A stretch of 57,665 nucleotides of DNA from Macrostomum lignano (taxonomy: Eukaryota), in the NCBI GenBank assembly GCA_002269645.1, contig NIVC01004153.1:1-57665 (forward strand), given 5' to 3'. Positions 8,014 through 18,731 of this stretch are shown piece after piece (position 1 is the first letter of the stretch; each line of letters starts with the position of its first letter). The position numbers were made by a program, and so were the translations under genes. The notes beneath the pieces are model-generated. The model worked only from the letters and a program-made list of their open reading frames with translations. It was not told the DNA's origin and made no database searches.

Positions 8014-9570
8014 AGGAGGATTTTTAGACTTACAAAAAGGATTAACAAGCTTACCACCAATCTTTACTACTGGTAAATATACAGGGGAACTACACCTACC
8101 ATCAATGAACTTCACAGGTTAACCCGTGGCCTGAGTGAGGAAGGCAATGTCCTTGCTAGTCACTATTTGTGGCGACATCTCCAAATTGCGTGAAACCCGT
8201 CATACAGCTTCAAGTACCACTTCAATTGAGAAATCTTTTGAAGGAACAGAGGTAACTCCTCTTCCCAAAGGTAACAAGCTTGAAGACACGGTGGCAATGC
8301 GCAGCCAAGCTCCTAAGTATTTTAAATATAAGGAGAAGGTTCAGAGAGCAGACGGAGATGGGCGGTAATTTAACCGCTTAAGGTGTGCTCCAGCCTCTTT
8401 TGAAAGATTGAGGGTAAACTACCCGGCACTCGCTTAGATTTGAGATTAAATCCTGATGACACCCCAAAATCTGATTCAATTCCAATAAATGGGATTGATT
8501 GGTTAGCATACTATCACGACTTAGCATATAGAGATGCTGACAAGAACCCGCCCGAGGAAGCATTAAGATTAAAACATGAAGCCGATCAAAAAATGATTCA
8601 AGGATTAGATAACTTGCAGGGATTATCGGTAGGTCAAAAATTAACTAGGTGGATGGTTAAAAAGATCTTGCAGTCTAAAGTTAAATTTGGTTTAGGAATT
8701 AATTACAACCAACATGGTAATAATTGTGTCGAATGTTTGTTATTAAGTGGTAGTGGGCTAAGTTATGATAAGGCTAAGGTTCTTCATAAAGAATATCGAA
8801 AACCTAAATTTTATAGAAAAATCATGAACTTCAAAAAGAATGAAATTTGGTATGCTGATTTAATGTCTATGCCGATCGATAAAGGATATAAATATATTTT
8901 AACCATATTAGATGGTTTTACTCGATACGCGTGGGCAATTCCTTTAAAATCCAAAAAAGGAGAGGAGGTTGCTGCTGCTTTTAGAAGCCTTGATGAAAAA
9001 AGCAACCGGTTGTGTGTTGATGAAGGAAAAGAATTTTACAATCCTCATATGTATAAATTGTATCATTTTGAAAAAGGAAAAGAAAGGATGAAGGACGCGA
9101 ATGGGGAGTATATTAATAAAATTTATTCTATTTATGGAGAGAGTAAAAACGCATTAATAGAAAGATTTAATCGAACTTTAGGTAAGAAATTGTGGTTTCA
9201 GTTTAGTCTTAATGGTTACCAAAAGTGGGTAAAAATATTACCAGACGTTGTAAAAGATTATAACAATTCATATCATTCGGCCATAAAGATGGCTCCTCAA
9301 CAAGCTTATAACAAACCTGATAATGTTAAGGTTACTTTTGGAGATTTTGAAAAAAAGAAAACTAAAGGTTTTAAGGTTGGTGATTCTGTTTATATCTATA
9401 AATGGAAAGATAAGTTTGAAAAAGGAAGAAAAGGATATTGGAAGATAAGTGAGAAATTTACTATCAGTAAAGTTTTAAATACCAATCCTACAACCTATAT
9501 AATTGCTGATAAGGACGGTGAAGAAATATTGGGTTCTTTTTATGAGAATCAGATATTATCTGCAAACTAA
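7994..9570 (+). CDS. PLA2X-integrase fusion, join(7994..8119,8422..9570), 424 aa, interrupted by a group I intron
   Basis: Exon 1 ends ELHLPSMNFTG; exon 2 starts PGTRLDLRLNPDDTPK...PINGIDWLAYYHDLAY (parvovirus-type PLA2 motif). rve core follows: WYAD, CVDEGKEF, IERFNRT, YNNSYHS, FKVGDSV. Confidence 0.9.
8120..8421 (+). ncRNA. Group I self-splicing intron, subgroup IC1 (P5abc present), terminal nucleotide A
   Basis: P1 caggU8119/G8129ccug; P3 8176-8182/8354-8360 (7 bp perfect); P4 8187-8191/8299-8303; P5abc with A-rich bulge and GAAA loop; P7 8346-8350/8386-8390; P8; P9 with GAAA loop; P9.0; P10. P/Q/R/S-like motifs AAATTGCG, AATGCGCAGC, GTTCAGAGAGCA, AAGGTGTGCTCC. Confidence 0.93.
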
Positions 9571-9580
9571 GTTCGATCAG

Positions 9581-9805
9581 TTACTTAAGACAACATGGTA
9601 GTAAATTTTTTATAACAAACAAAAACAATATTATTACAATAATTGTTACTAATATTATTATTGACATTTGTTCAACAGTGATTAGACTTAAATTTTCATT
9701 AAATTCATTAATTGGAACATTTCCGATATAGGAATAGTTTACCTTCATTTTTTTATATATATTTTTCACAATAAATGTCGTTTCTGTTATAGAATAATAG
9801 TTCAT
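9581..9805 (-). CDS. Small viral membrane protein
   Basis: 74 aa with a C-terminal hydrophobic helix; AAAAAATG start. Confidence 0.45.
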   Translation of the reverse strand: MNYYSITETTFIVKNIYKKMKVNYSYIGNVPINEFNENLSLITVEQMSIIILVTIIVIILFLFVIKNLLPCCLK

Positions 9806-9821
9806 TTTTTAAATATTTTTT

Positions 9822-10136
9822 TCACATAAAAATTTCACTTTCATTCTCTGAATCACTGGTTTCATATGAACTATTTGTTGATTCGGAATCTGTTGATCTA
9901 ACCTCCCAATCATCCGAATTTAAATAATCTCCAAGTTGAAATATTAACTCACCCTCTTGTTCTAAATCATACATCTCATCCAACTCTAATGGATAAAGTT
10001 TTAGGTCATGCTTGTCGTCATACTTTAAATAAACTTCATCAATTATTCCATTCAAAATATGTTGTTTTATTATCTCTGCATTTTTAGCAACAGTCTCAAA
10101 AGTATCACTAACAGAAAAGGTGTAAACTCGGGTCAT
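9822..10136 (-). CDS. Acidic hypothetical viral protein
   Basis: 104 aa with a Ser/Glu-rich tail; AAAAATG start. Confidence 0.5.
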   Translation of the reverse strand: MTRVYTFSVSDTFETVAKNAEIIKQHILNGIIDEVYLKYDDKHDLKLYPLELDEMYDLEQEGELIFQLGDYLNSDDWEVRSTDSESTNSSYETSDSENESEIFM

Positions 10137-10187
10137 TTTTAGTAACAGAAAAAGACCCTTCGCGCCTGCGGCGCGGGCAAGGGGTTA

Positions 10188-10464
10188 TAGAGTAGTAGTA
10201 TAGAAAAAGACGCTTCTAGATCAGACCTTATTTTAATGACCGTTTTTATGGTCTTAAGAGGGGGGACGCGAGGGGAGTGTTGGGGAGTGTTTGGAAGTGT
10301 TGGGAAGTGATTTTTATTGTCAGGGGTGATTATGGGTGATTAGATGTGTTAAGGGTGTTTAGATGTGTTTTTTTATTTACCCCCCGTGTCCCCCCTCTAG
10401 ACCCTTAAAACGGTCATTAAAAAAGTGCTCTGGGTCTAGAAGCGTCTTTTTCTATACTACTCTA
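10188..10464. repeat. Imperfect 277-bp palindrome at the viral terminus
   Basis: tagagtagtagtatagaaaaagacgcttctaga at 10188 versus tctagaagcgtctttttctatactactcta ending 10464; inner arms ttttaatgaccgtttt / aaaacggtcattaaaa. Confidence 0.8.
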
Positions 10465-10696
10465 GAGCAATTTACCTTAAATCATACGTCATAAATACAA
10501 GTGTTTTTTGCATAAAAAGGCCATTAAATATTTACTTCTATAAAACTAATGGCCAAGCAAAGTCATGTTGTTATACTGCACTTAAACTATAAATACTAAA
10601 AATACTAAACTAAATTATTCCCATGGCATATGTAGAAGATAGGGCAGCTATCTGTCATTGTGCCATGTAGATAAGCAAAAAAATATCCCACAGTAC

Positions 10697-10963
10697 CATA
10701 CATGCGCAACTGCTAGCCGACCTGGCCAATTTGGCCACCGTAAATTGTGGTGGACCAGGGGTAAGTCGCAAAAATGCCCACCCCAGATGTAGTACTAATT
10801 AGATGATGAGGCATTAGCCCTTATAAGAGAGTCATAGTTACTCCTGCCGTTTACCCAAAATTGCGTTAATGTTGCTCTAGGATTTCTTTCACAGGTAAGT
10901 CGCATTTTTGGTCAAAAAGTAAGTCGCATGGCCAGTGTAAATCAGGGGGGTTGCGCATGTATG
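10697..10963. mobile_element. MITE-like element with 14-bp TIR CATACATGCGCAAC and internal TAAGTCGCA repeats
   Basis: TIRs at 10697-10710 and 10950-10963; related copy at 13200-13518. Confidence 0.5.
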
Positions 10964-11121
10964 CACAGTACCGTTGGAATAAGACAGAAATTATTCCTAG
11001 GGTACCGTGGGGATAAGCACTGCCTTCCAAAAAAGCATGTTTTTCAAATATATATTCCTGGCAATCTCCTAGTTTACTACATTAAATAATTTGCCCACTT
11101 TCAAAACTTTTCAGCCTACCC

Positions 11122-11372
11122 ACTGACTGCCCATAAGGCTTACAACGGCTTGCAGAATCATGTGGCCATCAATCACTGACTCCACTTTGTGGACCCCCAC
11201 GACCTAATTGTCCATACAAATACCATTGAGGGGTCATAGGCATATGTCAAGGCCAAATTCAGGGCAATGCACAGGACCAGCGTTGCCCTGTTTGAGACCC
11301 ATCTCAATGAGTACTTGTGGTGCCGCCTCTTTCCAAAGAAGGAGTTTAGGAACTTCCTATATTAGATAAGAT
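11122..11372 (+). pseudogene. Merlin (IS1016/ISXO2-like) transposase remnant
   Basis: TDC.KAYNGL...INH*LHFVDP...VHTNTIEGS*AYVK...LNEYLWCR with internal stops. Confidence 0.75.
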
Positions 11373-13199
11373 ATAATAAGTAGTAAATTTGGCTCAGGCA
11401 AGGAGCCTGTTTTCCATAGTCCAGATCATGCTGGGTGCATGCCCAAACAAAAATTGAATAATTACAAAATGCACGCCTATTCTCAAAAATACACCGGTGT
11501 TGCGACAATAAATGACCTTTTTTACATTGTGACAATAAAATACATTTTTTTAAATTGCATAATAGACCCTTAATATTAGATAATTTTGTTGCTTTTAAAG
11601 CTTTTTCAGCAATACTTTTTACAGTGGAAAGTTTATACATGCAAAAATTTGTTTAAATACTTTTTACGAGCTGGAAACAACCAGAAAAATTGGAATTTGT
11701 GCTGAAAAATGAACTTTTTTCATCTTTTTTCTACTTTACAACAACTCTTATGCATGATTCTATAAAGTGCACGCCAGGTGTGCACGCATACTATTTTCTC
11801 AGGAGTAATGCACACCAACTGTGCATGCCTAATTTTGGCGTGCAAGGCCAATGCACGCCCGAATTTTTGGGCATATACTACATGATCCGGAGTGTGGCCT
11901 GTTTTGACAGTATTATACTATGTATTTAGTTTTTGTTCACAAGCTAAAATATTGGACTGCCCTCTAACTACTGTCTGTTGAAATATGTAACTTTTCATTT
12001 TCTACCTGAAATTCTGAAAATAATTTAATGCAGTAAACTAGGAGATTGCCATATTCCCTTTAGCATCAAGAAATTTTATCAGCCAGGATGCATATACCAT
12101 CCCAGACAAATTTCTGATTGAACAGTGCAAGTTTGAAGAAAATCGGTTGAGCTGCAAATCTGCAAATCTAGGAAATTGCCCAATTATCTATTATGGCAAA
12201 GACTAGGCTACTTTCCTGAATCCTGACTATGGTCAGTATGGAAGGGATTAACAATTGAGCTAAGCTTAAATAAGTGAGTTGCTAGTAATACTATATTAAT
12301 AATACTAATGATAAAATTTGTCAATACTAAAAGTTAATTAAAAATAAATTTCATTTCGTTTGAATGAATAAGTTAATATTGTTAAGCATTATTTAGTGCA
12401 TTTGAAATTTAGAAAATAAAATAATTCCAAAATTGTGCTCACGAACTTAAAGCTTACACTCAATTAAAATGTAATTTTGATTCTGATTATCGAATCTGTT
12501 CCAGTTAACAAGAATTTTCTTGTCTGAAATGTACCAAAAACAATTTTACGCATCGTACCGAACGTTGTGTCTAAATGTTTTCTTAGAAAACCCCAGCTTA
12601 AATATAAAACCGTTATTAACAAAACGGCACTAAAAATATAGCACTTGTGAAAAAAAGTTGAAATTAAAAAGTCTCAATAAAGCTTTGTCATTTTATTGGC
12701 GCACAAGATCAGATTTATATTAGATATAGTCGTTGTTTTAAAATTCGACAACTCTGGGGACTGCGACGGCTCTGCTCAGTACAGGACGTCGTGACCTATG
12801 AATTGAGACCTATGCTACAATACTTCTAACTGCAGTTATCAAATAGAGTGTACTACTTCCAACCTCCTAATTACACAAAATAGTAAATTGCAAAGCATAA
12901 GCCAGTCTCAAACAAACTCTTAGTTTAGTCTATTAAGTGAACGTGCTGTATATAGTGTAAAAAATTTCTACCAACTAAATTTATTATTTAATTTGTATTT
13001 TTAATTCTAAATTAAAAGTACACCTCCATCAGGCTACAAGCTAACTTTGTCTTCATATAATATTTCTAAGAATGAAGGGTAAGATGCTTTTTGCTTTGCA
13101 TTGTATTTAATTCCAAAGGTTAAGTTAGGAAGGCCTTGTGCTAGGCCCTAGAGTATTTTTGCAATATTTCTATTTCATATCTTTATTAATAGCCTATAT

Positions 13200-13518
13200 C
13201 ATACATGCCCAATATCCATCTGACCCATCCAAGCTGGATGGGTGAAAAGGCTGCTGGCCAAGGTAAGTCGCAAAATCAAAAATGTGAAAAACAAAAAAAT
13301 GGGCAAAGAAAGAAAGGAGAAGAGAGAGGGACAGAGGAGACTGAGAGAAAAGAGAAAAAGTCAATAAAAGTCATATACAAAGTGAAAATTAAGTTTCAAT
13401 TGGGAGAACTAAGTCGCAATCAAGAGGAACTAAGTCACAATTGGGAGGAACTAAGTTGCAAATCTAGACAAAACTAAGTTGCACTGGACAGGTGAAATTT
13501 TGAGGTTGGGCATGTATG
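13200..13518. mobile_element. Second copy of the CATACATGC MITE family
   Basis: catacatgcccaat ... gttgggcatgtatg with internal taagtcgca repeats. Confidence 0.5.
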
Positions 13519-14199
13519 GCCTATATCATAAAATTTTTGGAGTATGTGCCAAAATTTTGTTAGGGTTAGGCCTATAAAGTAGGTGCACTATACCCTATAG
13601 TCATTTTGTTTATTGCCTTTTTGTCTGCTGGTACTGGCAGGCAAAATGACTTTTTAAAAAGAAAAATATAATTGTAGGGGCCTAAATATAGCTACATGTA
13701 CATGGATTCATGGTAGAGTTTGGCAAGCAGGCCATTTTGCCATATCTTATTATAGGTGTGGCTGAAATCCACCAGGCATAAGATCAATCAGTGTGGTTTC
13801 TTCTTCATCTTCAGCACTCATCTAGTAGTGTGGCAATGCCAAAATGGATGGGGGCCAATGCCCCATGCTCTGGAGAAGTGAGAGAGCCAAGCCTGGCTTG
13901 GCAAGGAGATGCTCCACTTCAGTGCCAACTAGGCATATGCGGTGCATATTCCCCCTCAGGCAGTTGAAGATTGCATGTAGGCTCAAGTCCAATGCCCCGC
14001 AGTCCTGGCAATTTGGGGAATCTATTAGGCCAAATTGGTATCAGATCTTTGTGGCCAGCATTGAGGCACTAGCTTAGAGTTGGCAAGTTGTCATATGTTT
14101 AGCCCAACTCCTGGTGTGGAAAGTTGGCTAGGCTAGAAGCATGACACTATCATCAAGCATATGATAGTCTCAGCAAATAGCAGCCTTAATGGTGCTGAG

Positions 14200-14900
14200 C
14201 TAAATGGCAACCAAGGTTTGTGTCAAGCAGGCTGCAGCATTTATGGCTCTGTCTATAGCTTCATTAGCAGGTATGCCACAATGGGCAGGGACCTAGGCAA
14301 GGTTGATGTTATTGAGGTCGTAGGTGCCCAAGTTGATAAGGAGACTCTAGCAAGAGAGGCTGCTCTCAGTGCGCTGGTCCAAGGAGCTCGCTTGCAGGGC
14401 CATGAGCAATGAGAGCAAGTTGCTACATAGCCAGATGTGGGCTATGCCTAGGGCAATCTTTTCTGTGACAAAAGTGAGGGCATCCTTGATGGTATACATC
14501 TTGGCATCAAAAGAGCTGTAGAACAGCCAACTGGGCTCTTCCAAATGAAGGTAACCAGTTTGGTACCAATAGTAGCAGCGCTGCCTCTTGGCCCTATGCC
14601 ATCTACAACTGAGCTGTCCATCTATGCGCTGATGTCAGCTTCAGGTAGGGCCTCCAGGGTTTCATAGGCAGTTGCACTTTGGTCGGCAGACAGGTCGGAC
14701 TTGCTGCACCTAGAGGCTGCCTCTAGACAGAACCAGACCCTGTCCATATATGCTTCCCAGAAGGCAATGCCGAGGCTGCATAGGTCATCTCTAGTATATA
14801 GGTCAAGCTCGGCGCAGGCTGGCATTTCTAGTGCCACTTGGTGCCAGCAGCTGCAGATTGGTTGTCTAGTGTCTGCATCTCTAGGATCAATGTAGGGCAT
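14200..14900 (-). mobile_element. Decayed non-LTR retrotransposon, RNase H domain
   Basis: ISA*MDSSVVDG (WTDGS), SSFDAKMYTIKDAL, WLCSNLLSLLMAL and A*VPAHCGIPANEAIDRA motifs with stops and a frameshift. Confidence 0.75.
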
Positions 14901-17900
14901 GTCTGTTAGAGCATCAGTTGGCCTCCTCTACTTGGCTTCTTCAGCCTCAGGGTTGCATGCTCCTGGTGGCAGATTTGTAGGCTGGTGCACTTGGCCCCAA
15001 TCTTAGGATCCTTTCTTGGAGATGGGCGGCTCTCTTAGAGGCAACGTGGTTGACCAGTGGGAGCTTAGCAAGGCAGAGGAGGCTTCATATATCCAATGGT
15101 AAGATACAGCCTATGATGATCCTGGCGCAGGCCATCTGCTAATGCTCAATAGAGTGTTGTGTTGAGGGGGCTGTACCACAGAGCCAGGTACCTGCGGCAT
15201 AGTTGGCAACAGCCCTGACAGTGCTAACATAGGCAACTTGCAGCATGTGGTAGTTGGCTTCAGTGCTGCAGTTAGCTAGCGCCACTAGTGGGCAACAACA
15301 AATGCACATATGAGTGCAGAATCAGTGTGGCAGCTGTTGCTTAGTTGATACATATCTTAGAAATTTCCCCAAGACTTGATATCTAAGGAATTCCCTCTTA
15401 AGCCTTGACATCTCAATAATTCCCCTAGTAAGTCTTGACATCTTAGTAATCAGTATGGCTGCTATTGCTGCTGGCACTGTTGCTGCTTTTTTTCTTTCTT
15501 TCTTTTTTGGATCACGGACATTGTAGCTAGACATAGCTAATAGGACCAAGTGCATAGCACCATGCAGCTGGGGCGCTGACTCTGCATGGGCAGGCAGTAG
15601 ACAGCGGAATCCAATTTGCGGCCTGTGGCAGGTGGGCAGAGAGCGTGGGGACCCAAGTCCCGATGCGCAGGGCTCCTCCACAGACCGACTTACACTATAA
15701 AAACCACCATCCACCGCCAACCCAGCAGTGGGGGACAGCTCTCCCAGGCTGCATACCTGGAGGTGAGACCAATTCGTCACCCTGTCGATGGCAGGGATGC
15801 ACGGAGCTCCTGCCACATTGGCGGGATGTGTAGGGGTGCGACATGGACGCTGGTCTCTTGCCACCCACTGTTGCTGCTGCTGCTGTTGCTGCATATATTG
15901 TTTCAGGTCTTCGCACTGGGCCACCTTGTGGTTGGCCCTGCAGAAGTAGCACAATATGGCTATGAAATCAAGTAGGAAAAGTTGCATTGTTAATTTTAAA
16001 ATTCTACAGAAGCATGTTTGATTGGTATATAAGCCCAGAATTAAAATGAGATTTTGGTTCCTAAGAATTATGTATGTACAATTGGTTCATTTGCTTCTGA
16101 TTGTCAATAAGAAGAAAAAACAAATTGTAATGGGTGATAAATAATAAAATTGACATAATAACCAACAATGTATTAAAATGCCCAGAATAAAATTATAAAG
16201 TAACAAGCCCTGAATTAAAATGAGATTTTGGTTCCTAAGAATGATATATATATGATTGGTTTGTAAAGTTGTAACCAACAATGTATACAGTACTTACATT
16301 TCTAGGGATAGTGCCAGCGGTGCTAGTTGCTATTGCCATGGCCATGTTCAACAATTGTGATTTTTATTTGGAGTGTTATCAATCAGATGGTAGTTTAATA
16401 TCTTTATTTGGCCTAGAGTAAGAATCTAGAATATATATAGCAAAACATTGCCTTTGGGTGACAATTTTTCCTGCTATTGCTGCTTTTCTAGCTGTTGCAG
16501 AGTGTACTGCTTGCACCACAACACCTGGAGCCCCCCACTAGAGAAGTAGCATACTATTGCTCTGAAAGAAGGCAAGTATGGTTGAATTCTCAGTTTTAAA
16601 ATTTTGCACAAGCATGTTTCATTAGTACATATGCCCAGAATCACAATGAGAATTTAGTTCCTAGCCTCCCCCCCCTAAAAATTCTTTTCATTTTAAAGGA
16701 TTTGTCCTTTGCTTATTGGCCTCTCCAAAGGGGGGCACTAGATTACTAGTTAAGACCTAAAAAGGCTTTAATAATAGTGGCATATTAAAAAATATTTTGA
16801 ATATTTTTGTCTCTAAAATTAAAATATTTTTATAAATATTTTTTTATATATCAATGTTTTGTAGTAAACTAATTTCTTTGCCATAGAATATAGGTTGTTT
16901 TGGTGATAAGTTGTTTTAGTAATAGACATTTTGGTAACAAAAACGTACTGATAAATTTATTGACAAACAAATTTTACTGGGACAAATGTAGCAAAAAAAT
17001 TGGCATTAATCTAGTCAAAAATAGCAATAATAAAGGATAGGCAATTATGTATAATATTAATAATTCCTTTAATATAATGGTATTGGTCAGTATAAATTAA
17101 TGTTCCCTTTTAATTCAGTTTGTTCTATCTATCATTTACTTTATTCTTTCAAAATATGCTTTCTAAAAACATTTGTTTATTTTTGAAGGTGCACAAATCT
17201 ACAATGTCCAATTTAATTTAAATGCTATATATACTCCTATAGCAAAAAGCAAAAACAAATTATAAAATTTTATAAACTATTCAAAGATCAAAAAGTGACC
17301 TTTAAGTCTAATTTTATTCATTTCATAAGGCAAAGTAGATGAAATTAGGGTTGTGATTAGATCACTTAGTGAAAGGGGTATTTAGCCAACTGTAAGGTCT
17401 CAAGCAAAGCTAGGTCTATTCTTATACTTGCTTTGTATTTGTCCTAGATTTTGTTGTAGATAGTCTTGATAGTGGACAACTGCATACTGCTTGTGCTAAA
17501 AGGCACCATGTGGCAAAAGCCACGTATTAAGAGCCACCAATCTGGTTTCTTTGTGTAAGAGGCATGAGCAAGTAGAATGAAATGTCATTTTGCTAGGCTT
17601 TATGGTTTAGCCTACAGTCTTCTCTCTCTAAATTATTGTTCATTTGTATAGAGTAATGATAATTTAAAAGGTTAGAGGTCTAGATAGAGGATAAGATTTA
17701 TATAGCCTATAGTATAGAGTGCATATTCATTTAATTAGAGATAAACTAATTAGAGATTCTTATTCTGTAACAAATGAGAAATCTAGTCCTAGTGAGACAG
17801 GAGTAAAGTGAAGGAGTACAAAAGCTATATTACATATACCTCAATATATTTAGCTATGTAATGTAAGTATAGCTAAATAAGACTTTTCATGCTAGTTAAT

Positions 17901-18731
17901 ATGTGCTCAAAGCATATAAAAGGCTTGCTCAATAGTGTCAACTGGTAAAGTAGCAAGGCCATTAGCTAGTAACAAAAGTCTTGTACTCTGTCATTATTGA
18001 TATAAACTTGCTAGTTGCTAAATGCCAAGCTGTTAAACATGTAATCACATAGCTTATATAAAAAATATGGTATTCTAGTCTTGCCTTGCATGTAAAATGA
18101 GGTTGCATATTGCTTGAAATAAGTCTATGTAGTCTCTGGCTCTTTTTTATTATCAGTATAAATAGAAGTTGAATTTGTTTCATTGCTTCATTATTACTAC
18201 AAATAAAGGTATAAATGCTAAACATCTGCATGAATGGTTGTTACAGTAAATAAATTTGAAGGTCCCATTGACAAGCAACTTGTCAGACTTGTTAGATAGC
18301 TATGTTTTTATAGCAAAAATGATATGGCTGATTATGGCAACACCCTGATGAACTTAAATTGGCCTGCAAGAATCTATTTAGTAAAGTATTTGACTGCAAT
18401 TCAAAGTTGTGATATTCTGTAGGATGGATTAGTCTTCTGTACTTGTTTGCTCCATAGGCAATTTTTTTCTAGTATGGGTGCCTTGGCTACATTCTAAAAT
18501 TATAATAAATAAATATAGGTATAATTACATATGTATATAATAAACATATGTAAAAATTTATACTTAATTATCCATTTGCCACTCACAGGTGGCAATTCTT
18601 ATCTATAGTCTCAGTGTAGTATATAAATGTTTCTAGCCATTATTTAACAATGCAACATATTATATAAGCACATTAAATAAGCACATTATATAAACTTATT
18701 CCAACTAAATAAAACCATTTTGCTACACCAG

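Larger units (their letters stand above)
1..10464. mobile_element. Endogenous Polinton/Maverick (adintovirus-like) virus, right-hand portion; left end and pPolB lie outside the window
   Basis: AT-rich, compact gene block with no spliceosomal introns. Encodes DJR major capsid, penton, A32 ATPase, adenain protease and rve integrase. Ends in an AGTAGT/ACTACT-type terminal motif at about 10464, where host-like DNA begins. Confidence 0.95.

Noticed and set aside
7420-8119. HNH gene as part of a larger intron linking ORF 6749 to the integrase
   Set aside because: P1 and the U.G splice site map to 8119, exon 1 has its own AAAAATG start, and no second ribozyme core was seen.
8135-8368. 77-aa ORF inside the intron as an intron-encoded nuclease
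   Set aside because: GTG start, overlaps the ribozyme core helices, no nuclease motif.
8440-9570. TTG-initiated stand-alone integrase as given in the ORF track
   Set aside because: It starts in the middle of the PLA2 domain; the missing N-terminal motif is in exon 1 (7994-8119).
1-10464. Contaminating free viral contig or chimeric join
   Set aside because: The viral genes end at a Polinton-type terminal motif exactly where host-like DNA begins, as expected for integration. Not fully excluded without the left end, TSD or spanning reads.
15322-15987. 221-aa polyQ-containing ORF as a host gene
   Set aside because: No recognisable domain or splice structure; lies in the hypermutated TE region and includes short tandem repeats.
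18225-18245. ATGAATG|GT as the missing first exon of cyclin B
   Set aside because: Phase-compatible but weak donor (GTTGTT) and no independent support.
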